A stretch of DNA of 64,000 bases from positions 35,464,001 to 35,528,000 of the forward strand of contig OZ287754.1 of the NCBI GenBank assembly GCA_965649765.1, in the 5' to 3' direction. The translations under genes and the position numbers were made by a program. This stretch comes from Bispira polyomma (Eukaryota). Under the pieces are notes generated by a model that ran no database searches, was not told the origin of the DNA, and was given only the letters and a program-made list of their open reading frames with translations. Of the stretch, positions 12,817 to 27,279 are shown piece after piece. Position 1 is the first letter of the stretch. Every line of letters begins with the position of its first letter.

Positions 12817-14441
12817 TGTTACTAGTTCCAATTATACTGAAACACTGAAATTATAAAACACAGTCTTCTGGAGCTAATTGGACAATATCACGCTTGCTAC
12901 CAAAAGTATTGATCAGAAAGAAAGTATTGAACCCAATATTATATTTAATAAATGATTTGGATCGTCCATGTTTCTGTCAAGCATGAGGTTGTCAGATCAG
13001 CTGTATTGAGCACAATTTTTAGATATATCCATTTACACCATCTTTCCAGTTAGTTCGTTCAGTAGTAGATCACTTTCACATAAAAGCAATGATTAAAAAC
13101 AAACTAAAAACAGAAAGACAGTTGTAAAAATAAACATTTAGTTCCAATAAAAATAGTAGTACGTTTGTGCAGTTCAGTCTCAAGTTTTAAACTGATGCAT
13201 TATTAAGAAAGTGTGGGTAAGCCCAAGCTGTAAGCCAATAGAAATTAAATATAAACAATTTGAACCACTGACACTGACAACAGGGGGGAATTCTTATGAT
13301 GTCATAAGCAGTTTACCTGTTAAAATTAGCCTAGTACTTTAAGTCAAATGTTTAAGGGTGAGGCAGGACTGACACCCGTGAAGCCTAAACACCATGAGAG
13401 AATTGTTCTCAAATCATGTATTGCCACCCTGCCGTCCTCCTCTGACATTCCTTCATTTTCTTTCATCCATTCCTCTATCTTAAAAGTACTTTTCAAGTTA
13501 AGAAAACTTTTTCCTTACTCCCAGGGCCCAGGGTTTTGACCCCTCATACACCGGGTTCCATTCCTTTAGGCGTTTAGGGGTTTCTTGTGCATTTGATAAC
13601 CAAATATCCTAACAACATTTAAAATCCCATGGTAGTTGGAATTCTAATGCCATTCACTCCTACCTCCATTACACTCCCAAAGCTTCCTCACAAATCCCTC
13701 TCATGTTTCAAAAACTTCTTTCTAAATAACTACTTTGGGTTGGGCTTCACCCCTTACTAAAATTTTAATTTTTAATATTTGATAAATTTATGGGTACACC
13801 TCGTTGCTATTTTTATGTTATAATAAAAAAAAACTAGTTCCCAACACTTGGTAACATCTTTGTCAACATTCCCTACTTAGTTTCCACTTTGAAACTTAAT
13901 TATTTCTAGCTTCTCTAACTTTATTAATCTTAACTCAGCTTTTGGCGTGGGACTGTGGGTTATGTTGCATTTGCACATAGTTTCAGTCATAGTTTCACAG
14001 CCACAAGTTTTCTAGCCTTTGCAACTCCCTATCCCACTCTTACTTCTGTCTGAGGTTACCCTTAAAACATTTCTCCTGTTTGTTTGGCACCCCTATTTTA
14101 CCCTAACCTTATCTTCCTTTTAACCCACTCTTACTTCAGTCTGAGGCCAACCTTAATAGATAATTGCCTCACTTTATACTGTGGTCCAATTTCTTCCCCT
14201 TTTTCCCCTTGAGCTAGAGTTTACACGTTGCCACTTTGTGGCTCCCCTAGCATAGAAGTTCTCTCTTCCCTATTTACCTGTCTCATTTTCTATAATTTTC
14301 CTTTTCTCCCCTTCTGTCTCTTGCCTATATAAACCCTATGTCTCTGTGGTTCTGGGTCAGAAGTTATTATGCACTCAAGTGCTGTCAAAGTGTTCCCCAC
14401 CCTGTTTAACCTACCCCCTTCTTATAAGGCTGGTACTCTTA

Positions 14442-15103
14442 GCCTTCACTTCTTTTCAGCACATTTCGATGTTGTGCTTCCTTTCATCCGATTTATACTG
14501 AAAATTCGTCAGATGTTGACTTTGAAAATGGCAGGAGAAAGCATATTTCATTGTGGTTACTGTGCTGCTTTTTCCACAAAAACTGAACTGAAATGACTGA
14601 GATATATGCAGTTAGAAAACGGTATCCATTTTTACTTCCTTATGTGTAAGTTGTGATGTAGCTGCAAAACTGACGTCATTATGACGTTGCTGTGACGTAT
14701 TATTTACAGTAGAAGAGGAAGTTAACTTGGGTACCCATTTATAAACTTAAATATCTGAGCCGTTTCTTAACGAATTTTGGTGGGGAAAAAGCAAAGTAGT
14801 CGCAATAAATTAAAATTTATCATGCCATTTTCAACTTTAACATCCGACGAATATTGAGTATATATCGGATAAAAACTATACCTATGATGGTTTTTTTGTA
14901 GCCATTTCTTTTTCAAAATTGGTCAGTCCTCCCGATTTTTCCCCTCCCTGAGAGATAAAATATGTTGGCCAAACAGACGTCGGCCGACGTCTGATCGGAT
15001 CTGATGCAAATATGCTGAAAGGAAACACTTGGTAGTATTGTGTAATGAGGGGAAAAATCGGCCGATGTCAGCTGATAAAAACATGCTGAAAGGAAGCATA
15101 GGC
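14442..15103. mobile_element. Non-autonomous TIR element (MITE, PIF/Harbinger-like)
   Basis: Left end TTA-gccttcacttcttttcagcacattt matches the reverse complement of the right end, TTA-gcctatgcttcctttcagcatgttt. TWA flanks; subterminal copies of the motif near 14475 and 15012. Confidence 0.6.
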
Positions 15104-16032
15104 TAACTATTGGAAACTTTGTATATGTATGTGTATGTGTTTGTCATTTAAAAGCCTGTATACTGTGTTACCCATTATTAATATTTAGTGCATACATTGT
15201 TTTACTTGAAATTACTTGTGACTAAGTAATTACAAACTGTACTTTTATTTTGATGTAGTTGATATATTGTTTCAGTCTTTTAGTTGTAACTGTGAGGGCT
15301 TCTACCCTTACTGCAAATTTTAATTTTTAATATTTTATAAATTTATGTGGTACACGGTGTTACAATTTGTATGTTATAACAAAATTTAAGTTTAATAAAA
15401 TAAAATTAGTTCTCAACACCTGGTTTCTTTTCCTCCTTCATTAATTCCTTTTCAACCTTCCCTACTTGATTTCTCCTTTAAACTTATTTATTTCTAGCTT
15501 TACCAACTTTATTAATCTTAACTGAACTTTTGATGTGGGACTGATATACTGCTCTCAGTATGATCTGATTCATGTATCAACAATAAATGTAGCTTTGGAA
15601 TTCTCGAAGTAAAATAATGGGTGAATTGTAACATCAACAAGGTATGTAAATCTGCTAGCCTTAAAGCAAAATAGTATGTGAATTGTAACATAACGTAAAC
15701 ATAAATAATGATCTTGGGAGTGTAAATCTTGATATCTTGGTAATTGTATTTTTTTATAAATACACCTGAAAGAAAAACATTACAGATGGTCAAAATTGCT
15801 AAAAAAGAACAAACAATTAATAATATGTGTCAGTTGGGTTGTATCAAAGAGAGCATATTTAAAAATATAATAATGATACTTAAAGAAGAAAACTATTAAT
15901 AGAAAATTACTTTTTTGAAATTGACGATAGGTTGAATTGATAATATCGTTACGTAATGAAAAAATAATGTGCCAAAGCTTTCTGACTTGGGTCTACATTT
16001 GAGTAAATAATCCATGTAAATCTATAACTTAC

Positions 16033-16172
16033 TCAAGGCAGATGCAGAAACGTTATGTATAGAACTAATGAAGCTAGCTGTAGCTTTGTCACCATCAAAA
16101 CCCTCGATAAAAGTAACATAGTAGATTCCAAACTATTGGCAGTAGCACAAACCACGAGTCCAGACTTTCATT
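16033..16172 (-). pseudogene. Orphan duplicated exon of the MCT-like transporter gene
   Basis: cag|aatgaaagtctggactcgtggtttgtgct...GIYYVTFIEGFDGDKATASFISSI...|gtaagt parallels the exon at 22568-22391 but is 38 bp shorter (frameshift). Confidence 0.8.
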
Positions 16173-16599
16173 CTGTTAAAAATATACAAGAGTAAGTAAT
16201 ATATTTTGTGTTCTGTAAATCACATTTTAAGTTTCTCCTTTTTTTCTAAATTATTTCCAGATTATTTCTTTTGTTTTAGTCCTTTACAATTTGCACAGGA
16301 AATAGATGCTTTTTCTTTCAATTTGGTAAATATTTGGCTTTATATTTATCGATTGATTGTTTTTGAGGGAACAGTGTAATCCGTTTGTTTGGGATGCACC
16401 CTCGGAATACTTGCTACTGCAGTGGTGGTGTTGGTGGAGGTGAAGGTGGCTAAGACTGGGAAGTGGGAGTGATGTGAGTGGGGGGGGGGGGGGGTTGTTG
16501 TAAGCTGCGCATCCAAGTTGTTGCTGATCGCTGACTATGTATCCAAAAACGGGATGCTGAAGTTGCTGCAGAGGTACGTAGCTTAAAACGGGAGGTCTG

Positions 16600-17429
16600 C
16601 ACTGTGTAAAACTGGGGGTTGCCCTCACAAAAGCACTACGCATATGATTTCTATCCCATTGTATCTTCCTGATGGTTGCAAAAGTCTCCTGAAGGTCTGA
16701 AAATCACCCTAATCTAACTGCTCGGCTTCTGTTTCCAGGTACTGACAAAAAGCTTCTGAGTCTCTACCACAAAGCTGGACATCATGGTCCTCATCTGTCC
16801 TAGGTGTTTCATCAGCTGGGTGCTGTGTCAGAGCCCTGATGGGATGGAGAAGGTCTGTGACTACTTCTGAGACTGGTTTCTGTGACGCTGTCTTCACCAA
16901 TGCTCGAACACTTGGATAAATCATGGATCTCTGTCTGACGCTGTCGAGCGAGTAATCAGTTCTCGCTGTCTGTAAATTCTGGGACTCCTTGTCCTAACTT
17001 CTTTACCATGAGCTTACTAAAGCGGGTGCACTGCGACTTTTGAGTTCAGGTTTTCACTTCTGTCACCTTGAGAGCCCGACTGGTAGCAAACTCTTCACAC
17101 AGTGTCTTCGTCAATGAACTGTCCTTAAACTGTTTATGGCACTTGTACAAAACTTCATTGTCACAGATAAAGTCAACTACCGCCTCTTCATCTGTCTCTT
17201 TTAGGATCACGTGTACCATCTCCCTGGTCCTTTTAACCTTCCCCCTGTACTGTGACGACGACTTTGTGGATATCTCTCTGTCACTCTTCTTACTGGGTAC
17301 CTGACTTGTCCTCTGATCCTTCTTCTTCCTCTGTCCTTCTATCTCATCTAATGACACTCCCACATCAAACTCTCTCTCTGGCTCCTTCTCTGTATCCATC
17401 TTTTTTTTTATTCTCCTTCCTCGTGGCAT
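16600..17429 (-). pseudogene. PIF/Harbinger second ORF (MADF/Myb-SANT DNA-binding protein), decayed
   Basis: EEAVVDFICDNEVLY...KQFKD...LCEEFA...KT*...KSQCTRFSKL is a MADF-like signature, followed by a low-complexity tail. Confidence 0.65.
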
Positions 17430-17594
17430 TATAAATGTTGTGTATAAAAATAAACCTAAGCTAAAAAATCGTCCCTAAACTCAGAACATAGAATATATTA
17501 AAAACAATTAAAATCATCTACTAAAAAACACAGGTAGCAACAGCCAGCAATCTCCAAATACAACATGTTCTACACTGCCGGGATGTTTTTCAGA

Positions 17595-18175
17595 GACACA
17601 AGTCACACACTTGTACACAAAGACAAAACACACACACTTGTACACAGAAACAAGTCACATACTTATACACAGACACAAGTCACACACTTGTACACACACT
17701 TTTACACACAGACACAAGTCACACAAACTTGTGCACAGACACAAGTCACACACTTTTACACACAGACACAAGTCACACACTTCTACACACAGACACAAGT
17801 CACACACTTGTACACAGACACAAGTCACACACTTGAACACAAAGACAAAACACACACACTTGTACACACAAACAAGTCACACACTTGTAGACAGACACAA
17901 GTCACACACTTGTACACAGACACAAGTCACACACTCGTACACACAGACACAAGTCACACACTTGTACACAGACACAAGTCACACACTTGAACACAAAGAC
18001 AAAACACACACACTTGTACACACAAACAAGTCACACACTTGTAGACAGACACAAGTCACACACTTGTACACAGACACAAGTCACACACTCGTACACACAG
18101 ACACAAGTCACACAGTCATACATAGACACAAGTCACACACTTGGACACAGACACAAGTCATACACTTGGACACAC
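17595..18175. repeat. CA-rich minisatellite (~25-27 bp unit acacagacacaagtcacacacttgt)
   Basis: About 20 tandem units, with a higher-order block repeated at 17821-17980 and 17975-18110. Confidence 0.95.
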
Positions 18176-18189
18176 ATATTATGCTGTAG

Positions 18190-18480
18190 TGCATGCTTTT
18201 CCTATTCGATTTAAATTTTGTGGGAGTCCTCAAAGAATGGTATGCCCAATGAGTCAATAAGAAAATCATAATTAAATGTGACAATAAAGTAGTGGTGGAT
18301 ATATGGTCATTTTCTGCAATGTTTAATGTTCTTGTAGTTTTTTGGCATGTATATGATTTAAATAAACAAGTTGCAGACCCATCATTTAGATGATCGTTTT
18401 CATATGCTTGCTTGCGAAAGTTGAGAAGATTTATACTAGAATCTCAGTGGATTACAATTTCTATCTCATTTTCTGGGCAT
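18190..18480 (+). mobile_element. Highly degraded DIRS-type RNase H remnant
   Basis: KKIIIKCDNKVVVD and NKQVAD fragments. Confidence 0.4.
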
Positions 18481-19156
18481 TGGGATCTAATTTAAGGGCA
18501 ATGGAAAACGGTTGGGCAACAAGTCTAGTATGAAAACACAGTTGTTAAAAACACATTCATTTGTGAATTTATTTTATTTTAATAACATATACCACATCTT
18601 AACATTCAATATATTTGCCTTAATTTTTAACTTAAGGTGACCTTAACCTGAATTCTAAGGGCATTTATTAGCTAAAGCCTTATTAGCCTTAGATTAATTA
18701 GCTAAGATTGCTTCACCTTAAGGTTACCTTAACTTATTGAGTTTAAAGTTGTTTCATCTTAAGCGACCTTAACTTCTTGAGTCTTACGTTATATTTAAAT
18801 GCTGGTTTTAATGTAAATGTATACTGTATATGACAAAATGCCTTATTTAATAATGTACACTGTATATTATAAAATGCTAGGGCCACAGAGGCATTAGCAG
18901 TCCCGGCAAGCTAACATGGGTTAGGACCCAACACCTGCGGCACCGATTCGCTTAGCAGGGGGAGCGCCTTGGCAGCCCACACATAAGGCGAGAATAGGGG
19001 ACAGGACCCGCCCTGGACATGGTGCGGGGCCCGACCCATCTAAAGCTGACCAGGCAGATAAGTGGATGTCTGTCAATGCGCCTGTGACCAGTAAAAATAA
19101 ATTTCGAACTAAAAATTGAGTTAAAATATATAATTAAATACATAATTAAAAACTAG

Positions 19157-19160
<4 letters not shown>

Positions 19161-19196
<36 letters not shown>
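19161..19196. repeat. (TA)n microsatellite
   Basis: Perfect TA run. Confidence 0.98.
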
Positions 19197-19197
<1 letters not shown>

Positions 19198-20272
19198 TAC
19201 TCGGCCATAGCTTGAGCACTTATGTCCTTACAAAAAGAAATACAAAAACATATAGCCTTCTCAGAGGCAAAGGTTGTTACCGTAAAGATGAACTTCGCGT
19301 AATGTTTACATAACAAATTACTTAAATGACCTATACTAGGCTTGCTTGCATTTTGGAAAACAGGGAGAGTGGCACCTGAGATTATAAATTCAGAATGGAC
19401 AGACTTTGGCCTTTTCATGGTAGTCGTTTTTTTTTTTTGGCGGGAACACTTTGTATCCCGATTGTTTCAGATAATGATTGCTTCAGGTGTATTTAATATG
19501 AACACTTTAGCTCATTGAGTGTCATGCATTTGCTATGACATGTGGTCACTATGATTCCACTATGCCACCTAAATCATGTGAACGTTATGATTCACTTTAG
19601 AAACTGACCCCCTGATGCTGTTTTACAATGCACACATTCAAATCACAGTTTCCTCACGTTGATAATAAGGGCAATGGAAACCGGTTAGGCAAGCAAGCCT
19701 AGTATTAAAACACAGTGGTTAAAAACACATTTTTGCTGCACCTTAAGGTTACCTTGACTTATTCAGTTTCACGTTCGTTCAACTTGTGGCAACCTTAACT
19801 TTTTGAGGCTTGCATTATATTTAAATGCTGTTGTTGATATAAATGTATACTCTATATGATAAAATACCGAACCCAATAATATCTGTGTTTTTATGTTGTA
19901 GGTGTAGCAAATCAATTATATGTACTAGTTTTATTATCTTTAATGAAATACCTCGCCATAAATGGGGCCTTTGCAAACTCTAGCCAATCCAATGGCGGCC
20001 ATAAGTGCCATGTTTATTATTGATGGGTTAACACACAGGTCTTTCAATATCATAGATATATTCAATGTCAAACTCAGTGACAGCGGACAGCTTTTTTAAC
20101 TGGTCACCCGAGCCACTAGGCAAATGTTATGTTATCCCACTGAATGAAACTAGAATATGTAATTGGGATTTGTGATTACATTACTTGTGTATAATTTAAG
20201 TCATAGCGATTCCTATTTTATAGAAAGGTCCTGACAATAGACACCTGTGCAGGTGTTTGTTATGTTACTGTA

Positions 20273-23200
20273 TTAGTATGTTACTGTCCTCATTCTCTTC
20301 TTCCATTTCTGTTTACTATTGGAGACATTTTTGTAGTCACTGTTACTACTGTTTTCTGTTGGTATCTTTTTTATGTCCATTTTGTGTGTCAAGTAAGTAA
20401 CAACGATGCAGACAAATCCAAGCATTCCGACTGAACCTCCAACAAAGAATGGAATGTCATAGTTTTGTGTAATGTCAAACATCCAACCTGAAAAAATACA
20501 GCATATGACTTGATGTACATTGGGCTCAACATATGTAGATACAGTATATTAAACAAACGTATGTACTTTTAGATGAGAGCCTAAGGTAAATATGTTTCCT
20601 ACTTAATTCTTAAATTCCACTGTTTTCTATTCTAGATAAATGTTGTTTGTTGGTTTTGATTGAATGATTATTTTTGTACATGTATTAACCAACCTTGAAA
20701 CTCAGAAGTGACTCACCTGTAAATGGGGTAGCTACCATATTCGCAAGTCCTCCAAAGATGTTGGTAATGGCTCTTGTCTTGGCAAAATTCGCAACTCCTG
20801 ATATTTTTACCATAGATAGTAATATTGTTGGAGCGACAAAACCTGAGCCCAAAAAAGCAAATAGTCATCATAGAAGCAATAACACAAATAACTATATTGA
20901 AATCACTGTGGATTTTGCACTAATATATCATAAAGATAAAGCAATAATACCTATTGCATTGGACTAAATTGCATTAGTAACAAAGAGGCTTGCTTAGCAA
21001 AGATGTATCAATATAAATAATATTCTCACTTACATATTTCCAGTCCTTTTAAAATGCATATAAAACATAACCAAATTAATACATAAAATTACCTTGAGCA
21101 AGTCCAAATGATCCTGACAGCAATGCTATTGGCAAAAAATAGCTGAAAAAAGGACATATGAGTGGCACTAAAGACTGTACAAATGATGCAACACCTAATC
21201 CCCAGAATGGATCAAGAAACTCAAATGCCATTAAGATGCTGCAAATTATTCTTGATGTAAGTATCCCAATACCGATGACTGCTATAGTATATCCTGCATA
21301 AGTCAAGTTATATCCAAGAAAGAACAATCTGCTGGGGGTATGATCAAAATAGGTGGCAATGTTAAATCGCATAAATACTATAGCAACAGTAAAAAATATT
21401 ACAGGTTTTATCTTCAGCACCATAAAACTATTGCAAAGACTCTTCAGAAAATTCCTGAAACTTGGTTCAACCTTTCTGGTGAGCTGGGCTTTAACAGGCC
21501 AAAACGTCATTGCTAGTGCAACAGTATTGAGTAATATTCCACTATGCATAAGTAGTGTTCCACGCCATCCAAATGTGTTTAGAAAATAGTTGTTTATGAT
21601 TGGAGACAAGGCATTTCCCACTGGAAGACCACACATGGCCACAGATGTGGCAAAACTTCGATGTTTGTGGAAATGTTCCTGGATAAGAACCATTGCTGCC
21701 AGTGAAGCTAGACTTATACCACAACCTTGTAAAGAGATGTATTTGTTTATAATCAGCATTATAATATACTATATACATTAGAATGAATGTCCGTAAAGGT
21801 CTGATAATTTTTGTCAATCCCTCAATTAGCCAGTATAGTGCACATGGTAAGAATTATACTTTAGATTTACTGGACAAGAAAAAGTTAAGCTACAAATGAA
21901 TAAAATTATCTTGTTTCAGAAAATGTAAAAGACATAATACATTTGACAAAACAACAGCACGTGACAAAACCAAAAAAAAAAAAAAAAAATCACATTTATA
22001 TATTTGTTTGTCGATATATTTGTTTTTATATTTGTTCATTTGTTTGCAATTTTGTAGTTTATGAATATTATTAATAAAATGCTTACCTCCAATGAAGCCA
22101 TATGTGAAGTACAAAATGTAAATACTGGTCGCAAATGCACTTGTAAATATAGCAAATGATAGGATGATACAACCACAAATTGCAATTTTTCTAATCCCAA
22201 ATAGCTCTATCAAGGCACTTCCAAAAATACCTGCAAGGAGTTTCAGAATATAGCAGTTTGTAGTCATCACAAAGTAAAATATTATATGTTTTATATCGTT
22301 TAGAATGAATATTTTTTACTCTCTTTAAAAATGAACAATGAAAATGTATTTGGACAGCTAACAAGTCAATTCCAAATATGTAGCACTTACTTGAACCGGA
22401 TGCAGACACACCAACAATGGAACTAATAAAGCCAGCTGTAGCTTTGGTAGTTTGGAAAGTTTCACTGAAAGTAACGTAGTAGATTCCAAAGGCTAGGTAA
22501 TGGTAGCCCATGATGATATGGAATATGACCACAGAAAGGAGCACAAACCAGGAATCCAAACTTTCATTCTAATGATACAATTGTGAATGATCATTATAGA
22601 TAGATTATCCATATATATATGCATATAAATAAATAGATGACATTAGCCAATGATATCCTAAAGACAGTTTAAATTGGTTGACTATTACAGGTGGTAAAAT
22701 GTTCAGGTTTGACTACACAAAGGTAAATATATTGCGCATCTCTTGCGAGTTTTGGGCCAAAATTCGGTCAATATGCATCCTTATGGCCGAGGATAATGCA
22801 ATTATTTTGTTCGAAGTCCTTGGCTAAAAATTACTTGACAATTGAAAATTGTATTTATTTGACCTGACCCTTTATACATTAATTACCATAAATTTTTCCC
22901 ATACATTGTAAATTCTGTTTGGCACGGATGTAGTTCTGTGGTTGCTTTCTTGTATACAGAGTCAGATACTTTTGCTAGAACTAAAAATAGATGTGATGCA
23001 ATATTCTGCGAATGCTCACTGTGATCCCAGAAGACTAATTTTCAAAGTAATAGACCAATCAGGGAACTGCTCCTAATATAGTGGTTCATTGGGCTGACAT
23101 CTATCGAGTAGTGTGAAAACTAAATCCTGTACATCTGGGAGTTACAAAATGGGGATTTGCTAATGACAATGTAGCACATTGATATAATAAAAAAACTGTT

Positions 23201-24176
23201 AATTGCTTTTTATTTCTTTAATAGTCGCACATATTTAAAACTACAATCTTTAAATCTCATACTCTGAAAACTGCCAGAGTGATACAAGGAAAATCTCATT
23301 TTATGCAAATCTGCCTACTATGTCATAGAAAGGCTCATTTTGGATTTTGACAGTTTTCAAACTTTTTTCCTTAAAACTGCCGATAGTGAAAATAAATTTT
23401 CCAAAAGTAAAGTATTTAACACATATTTTCTATGGAGATTGATTATTTGATGAAATTACCATTTAAAAGTTATAACACTAGTGAATATGAGCTTTGCTAG
23501 TCACATATTATGTTAAAATCGGGTAAAAAATCTTCAGTTTTCGGTCACTGGCTCATATCGTTATGTAGGTGTTTTTTTTATAAAGGACCTGTTATTATAA
23601 TCCTGTTAGATAGATTTTTATTTTTATTTGTTTTATTAGGTAGCTGGTATATGTTGTTATATAATATAAATATAATTTACAACATTTTTACCCATAGCAC
23701 TAATGAGATCTTAAGGGAACCCTTTACGTTAAATATTCATTTTTACCGTTTTACAATACCGTGACTTTTACCTACGTGTGTGCTTATAGCTGTAGGCGTA
23801 CTGTAATATACAACACTGTGCACAAAAATCTCTATTTTAATTAGGAAACTGCAACCCAATATGGGTTCATTTATAGTTTTCACAGTATGCACTAGACGTC
23901 GACACACTGTGGAACTGAGAAAAAATATGCCGGAAGGTAAACAAATGTCAAAGAAAGGGTTGAATTAATTTTTGTACACCTTTAAATTACACTTAAATGA
24001 TAATATATACAGTAGTTGCTCTGAAATACCTTGAGATTATCACCCTTGAGAGTTGTATTTGCTGTGGCTCTAGAAATGTCTTGTTGCGACTGAAAGTATA
24101 TATCTGGCGTAGATAAAAATATTGTTTCATTCTTTCTATTGTCTACAGAGAGTCTTCTTTTATTCAGCATATCCAT
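20273..24176 (-). CDS. MFS transporter, SLC16/monocarboxylate-transporter-like. Exons: 24176-24030 (putative), 22568-22391, 22230-22087, 21725-21093, 20842-20717, 20487-20273
   Basis: All introns are GT-AG with consistent phases (0,1,1,1,1). Motifs: SWFVLL...FGIYY, LIELFGIRKIAICG, LYFTYGFIGGCG, HFHKHRSFATSVAMCG, FGWRGTLL, GWMFDITQNYDIPFFVGG. The first exon is assigned only from phase fit. Confidence 0.88.
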
Positions 24177-25499
24177 TATTATTCCAACCAAAGGCGATTC
24201 GTGATTTTTATATTACTTAAAATAATCATCCCATGTTATATAATGTCTTAATTATAGCAAAGGACACCACAATGCAAAGTCCCATATCAAGATACCTGTA
24301 TTTTGATATGATTAATTTGATTGCACAAGTACTCCATTACAATCAGTTGTCTATTGAAGTAGCTACCATATTATAATATTAAGTTACCAAAGTAAGTAAA
24401 CACTCATCATAACTAGTTGTATCAGGCAAATGTGTAGAAATGTTTTGCATTAGCATACCTAAATAGGCAGAAAATACATAGTGTAATGTGCCGAAGGTTC
24501 AAGGTAGGTTTTAGAAGACACTGAAAGGGATAGTTTGAGAATTGATTTTAGACAAGGTTCACAAAATTGTAAAATAAAAAATGTTAAAATTTTTATATAA
24601 TCAAAAGTTAAAGTGCTAATCCCAATCTGGAAAGACGGAACTGCTGAAGCAAAGGTAATTGGCACCACTGAGACAGTCCGGGATGTCTTTTGGCGATATG
24701 CTCACACTATAGATACCTCCAAAGTCCATGGACTGGAATGTTCTGTGGTGAAACATTTTTTTAAAAACGAAATGAACTCTAAATCTCATGAAACTGTGGA
24801 ATCGGTGAAATTGGTATGGTATTCCAATGTGGGAAACTATTTTCTGTAGTGACTGAACTATAGGGAGGACTGGGGCCGAGGAATGTTATAATATTGAGAG
24901 TATTTCTGAACTGACTATCCCTAATAGAAATATGAATCCGTTGGTTATAATAATAGTAAAATTTGTGCATGACAATATGTGAAGTGTACACTTAAAATAC
25001 AAAATTGAACTTGATAATCAACAAAACTAATATGTTATTGATAGAAGTAAACATGCACACTTTCAGGCAGAAATGGTCAACATTGCTTTGCAACAGCTAA
25101 ACATGAATCTTCACAATACACGGAAAGTGTTACAAAATAATAAGTACAGCATGACGCAAAACCTCCACTCAGCTAGTTAGTTGCAGAGAATGTACGTGCC
25201 ATCAGCAGTTAGAAAGCTTCCTTGGCCCTAGGATCAAACTAGGTTTCATCAAAATCTCCGTTATTTCACCATATATTTCCTCTCATTGCAGTTTACGAAT
25301 CTACAGTTAAAACAGGTGTGAAAGTGAAGTGTAACCTGTTTTTATTTAAACCTGTAAACTTATATTTAAATACAAATAAAGCTTGCACTACTTAAGATTC
25401 TTGGTGTGATAGGTTGAGTGGGGAGGGGCTCAAATGGGTGTTTCTTACAGTAGATGAATGTACGTAATGATGTAAAAAAAGTTAAAACTGGGAAACGAT

Positions 25500-26170
25500 G
25501 ACCAATCAGATTTGGGATCAGACCATGGTTGTTGAGAAGACAGCCAATGTGACCACCTATGGCGGAACAGTGTCAGGGTGGACGATGAGTACATAGAAGA
25601 AGTTATCAACCTTCCCACCACACCCAGGAGTAGCAACGAGTGTCAGATGAGTTTTCCAGGCATTGGAACTTTCACCACACATTGGGCCGATCTTCAACGA
25701 TTGTACCCTGAAGCACATGATCCAGAATGATAATCATCACCCTCTGATGATGATAACAAAACCCCATATATTTCTTCATTGTGGATGATGCTTGCACATT
25801 AAGAGCCTAGATGATGAAGCCATTTTAAAATCGCAACCTAACTATACCTGAGAGACTTTTCAACTATCAGCTGTCCAGAACGAGAAGAGTGATGGAAAAT
25901 GCAAACCATTGGATGTCCACTGACCAGTCTCAAACAGAATCTAGAGACTATTAATTCATTGGTACTGACATGTTGCTACCTTCACAATCTCATGAGGCTG
26001 AGGGAGCACATGAGTAACATGATAACATCACGGCCTGGTGGATGAGAAGAACCGACAATATAGGCTGATCCATGTGTTTTTGAGTAACAGTGCTAAACTT
26101 GTGCATCAGGAACAGAACCTTGGTGGCAATCAAGAGACAAAGACTATATTTGAAACACTATTACAACCCA
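25500..26170 (+). pseudogene. Harbinger (HARBI1-like DDE) transposase remnant
   Basis: INLPTT...FSRHWNFHHTLG; FFIVDDA...MMKPF...FNYQLSRTRRVMENA; CCYLHNLMR. Confidence 0.75.
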
Positions 26171-27279
26171 AAACAAACATGTATAAAAATATAACATAAG
26201 GTCATCATATGATCATAGTTTGTCAACGTTTCTTCATCACCAAACTTCTGCAAGTGTAATGCCAAATATGATACATGTCATGATCATATAAGAACACAGA
26301 TTGTTATAGTTTCTTCATCAGCAAGTCTACTGCCAAGTATGTTACATAATCACCTTTTTAAAGTTTGGACTTGATAAGTTGAATTTGATAAGTTTGACCT
26401 TATTAAGTTTTGTTGCCTTAAATTCTATTTCGACAAAAAATATTTTATTCTCCATACCATTCAATTTGCTCGCTTATAGACAACATCCTCTCCACATCTG
26501 TTCCTTCTATATCTAGGGGGATAGTAATGAAAGCCCGGACACTTTTGCTAGGTCCGACAAAAGACCATTTTGTCTAAGTGGATTGTCTCAGGTGGACGGA
26601 CTGTAACTGGTGGCTCCATGAGGGGTAATTCCCTGGAGTGTTCACTGAAGTTGGGTTGCAGGAGTGACCATAGTTGTGCTTGTAGTACTCACTTTGGATG
26701 AAGTAGGGCTTATAGCAGTGGACAGTGTGGTTGCGTTGGGAGATGTGGAGGGAGCTGCTGCTGGTACCTAGTACTAAATGTCTGAGGTGTTGGTTTTTCT
26801 TCTTCTTCTGGTGGCAAGGGCTGGCAGTGTGGGTATGTGTCAGAGCCAGGTATATTGGCAGACACCTCCTACATCGATTCAGTGGTGGCCTGAGACCTGG
26901 TTGAGGTGGAAGGAGGAAGAATAAACTCGTAATGGCAGGGGGTACCTTATGAAGCTATGTACCAGGCCCTCAGCTACTGCTGTCACATTTAAAGTGACAG
27001 CCATCATTCTTCTCTGGAAATAAATGTGTGGGTAGGGCCGTGGTTTGAAATCGTATCTGTGTGATTGTCGGCGTTTAGTCTGCGATCGTCGTGCGACGAT
27101 CACAGATTACTTGCCATTCGCTGCATGGTGCTCCATGCTGGTGGCACGTCTATCGCTGACCCCTCAAGGAGCATACTGATCTGGCTATAAATACTGGTAC
27201 CAATGCAACAACCATCATTATGCATTTCGTTTTGAGCAGTAAACATATCAGTTTAAATAAATTCTACTATATAATATAA

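Larger units (their letters stand above)
9300..12900 (-). mobile_element. Decayed DIRS/Ngaro-like retrotransposon, copy B (different family from A); boundaries approximate
   Basis: gag (12816-11830), truncated RT and RNase H (11820-10753), recombinase (10749-9752). Confidence 0.88.

Noticed and set aside
17565-18214. His/Thr-rich ORFs in three frames
   Set aside because: Translation of a CA-rich minisatellite.
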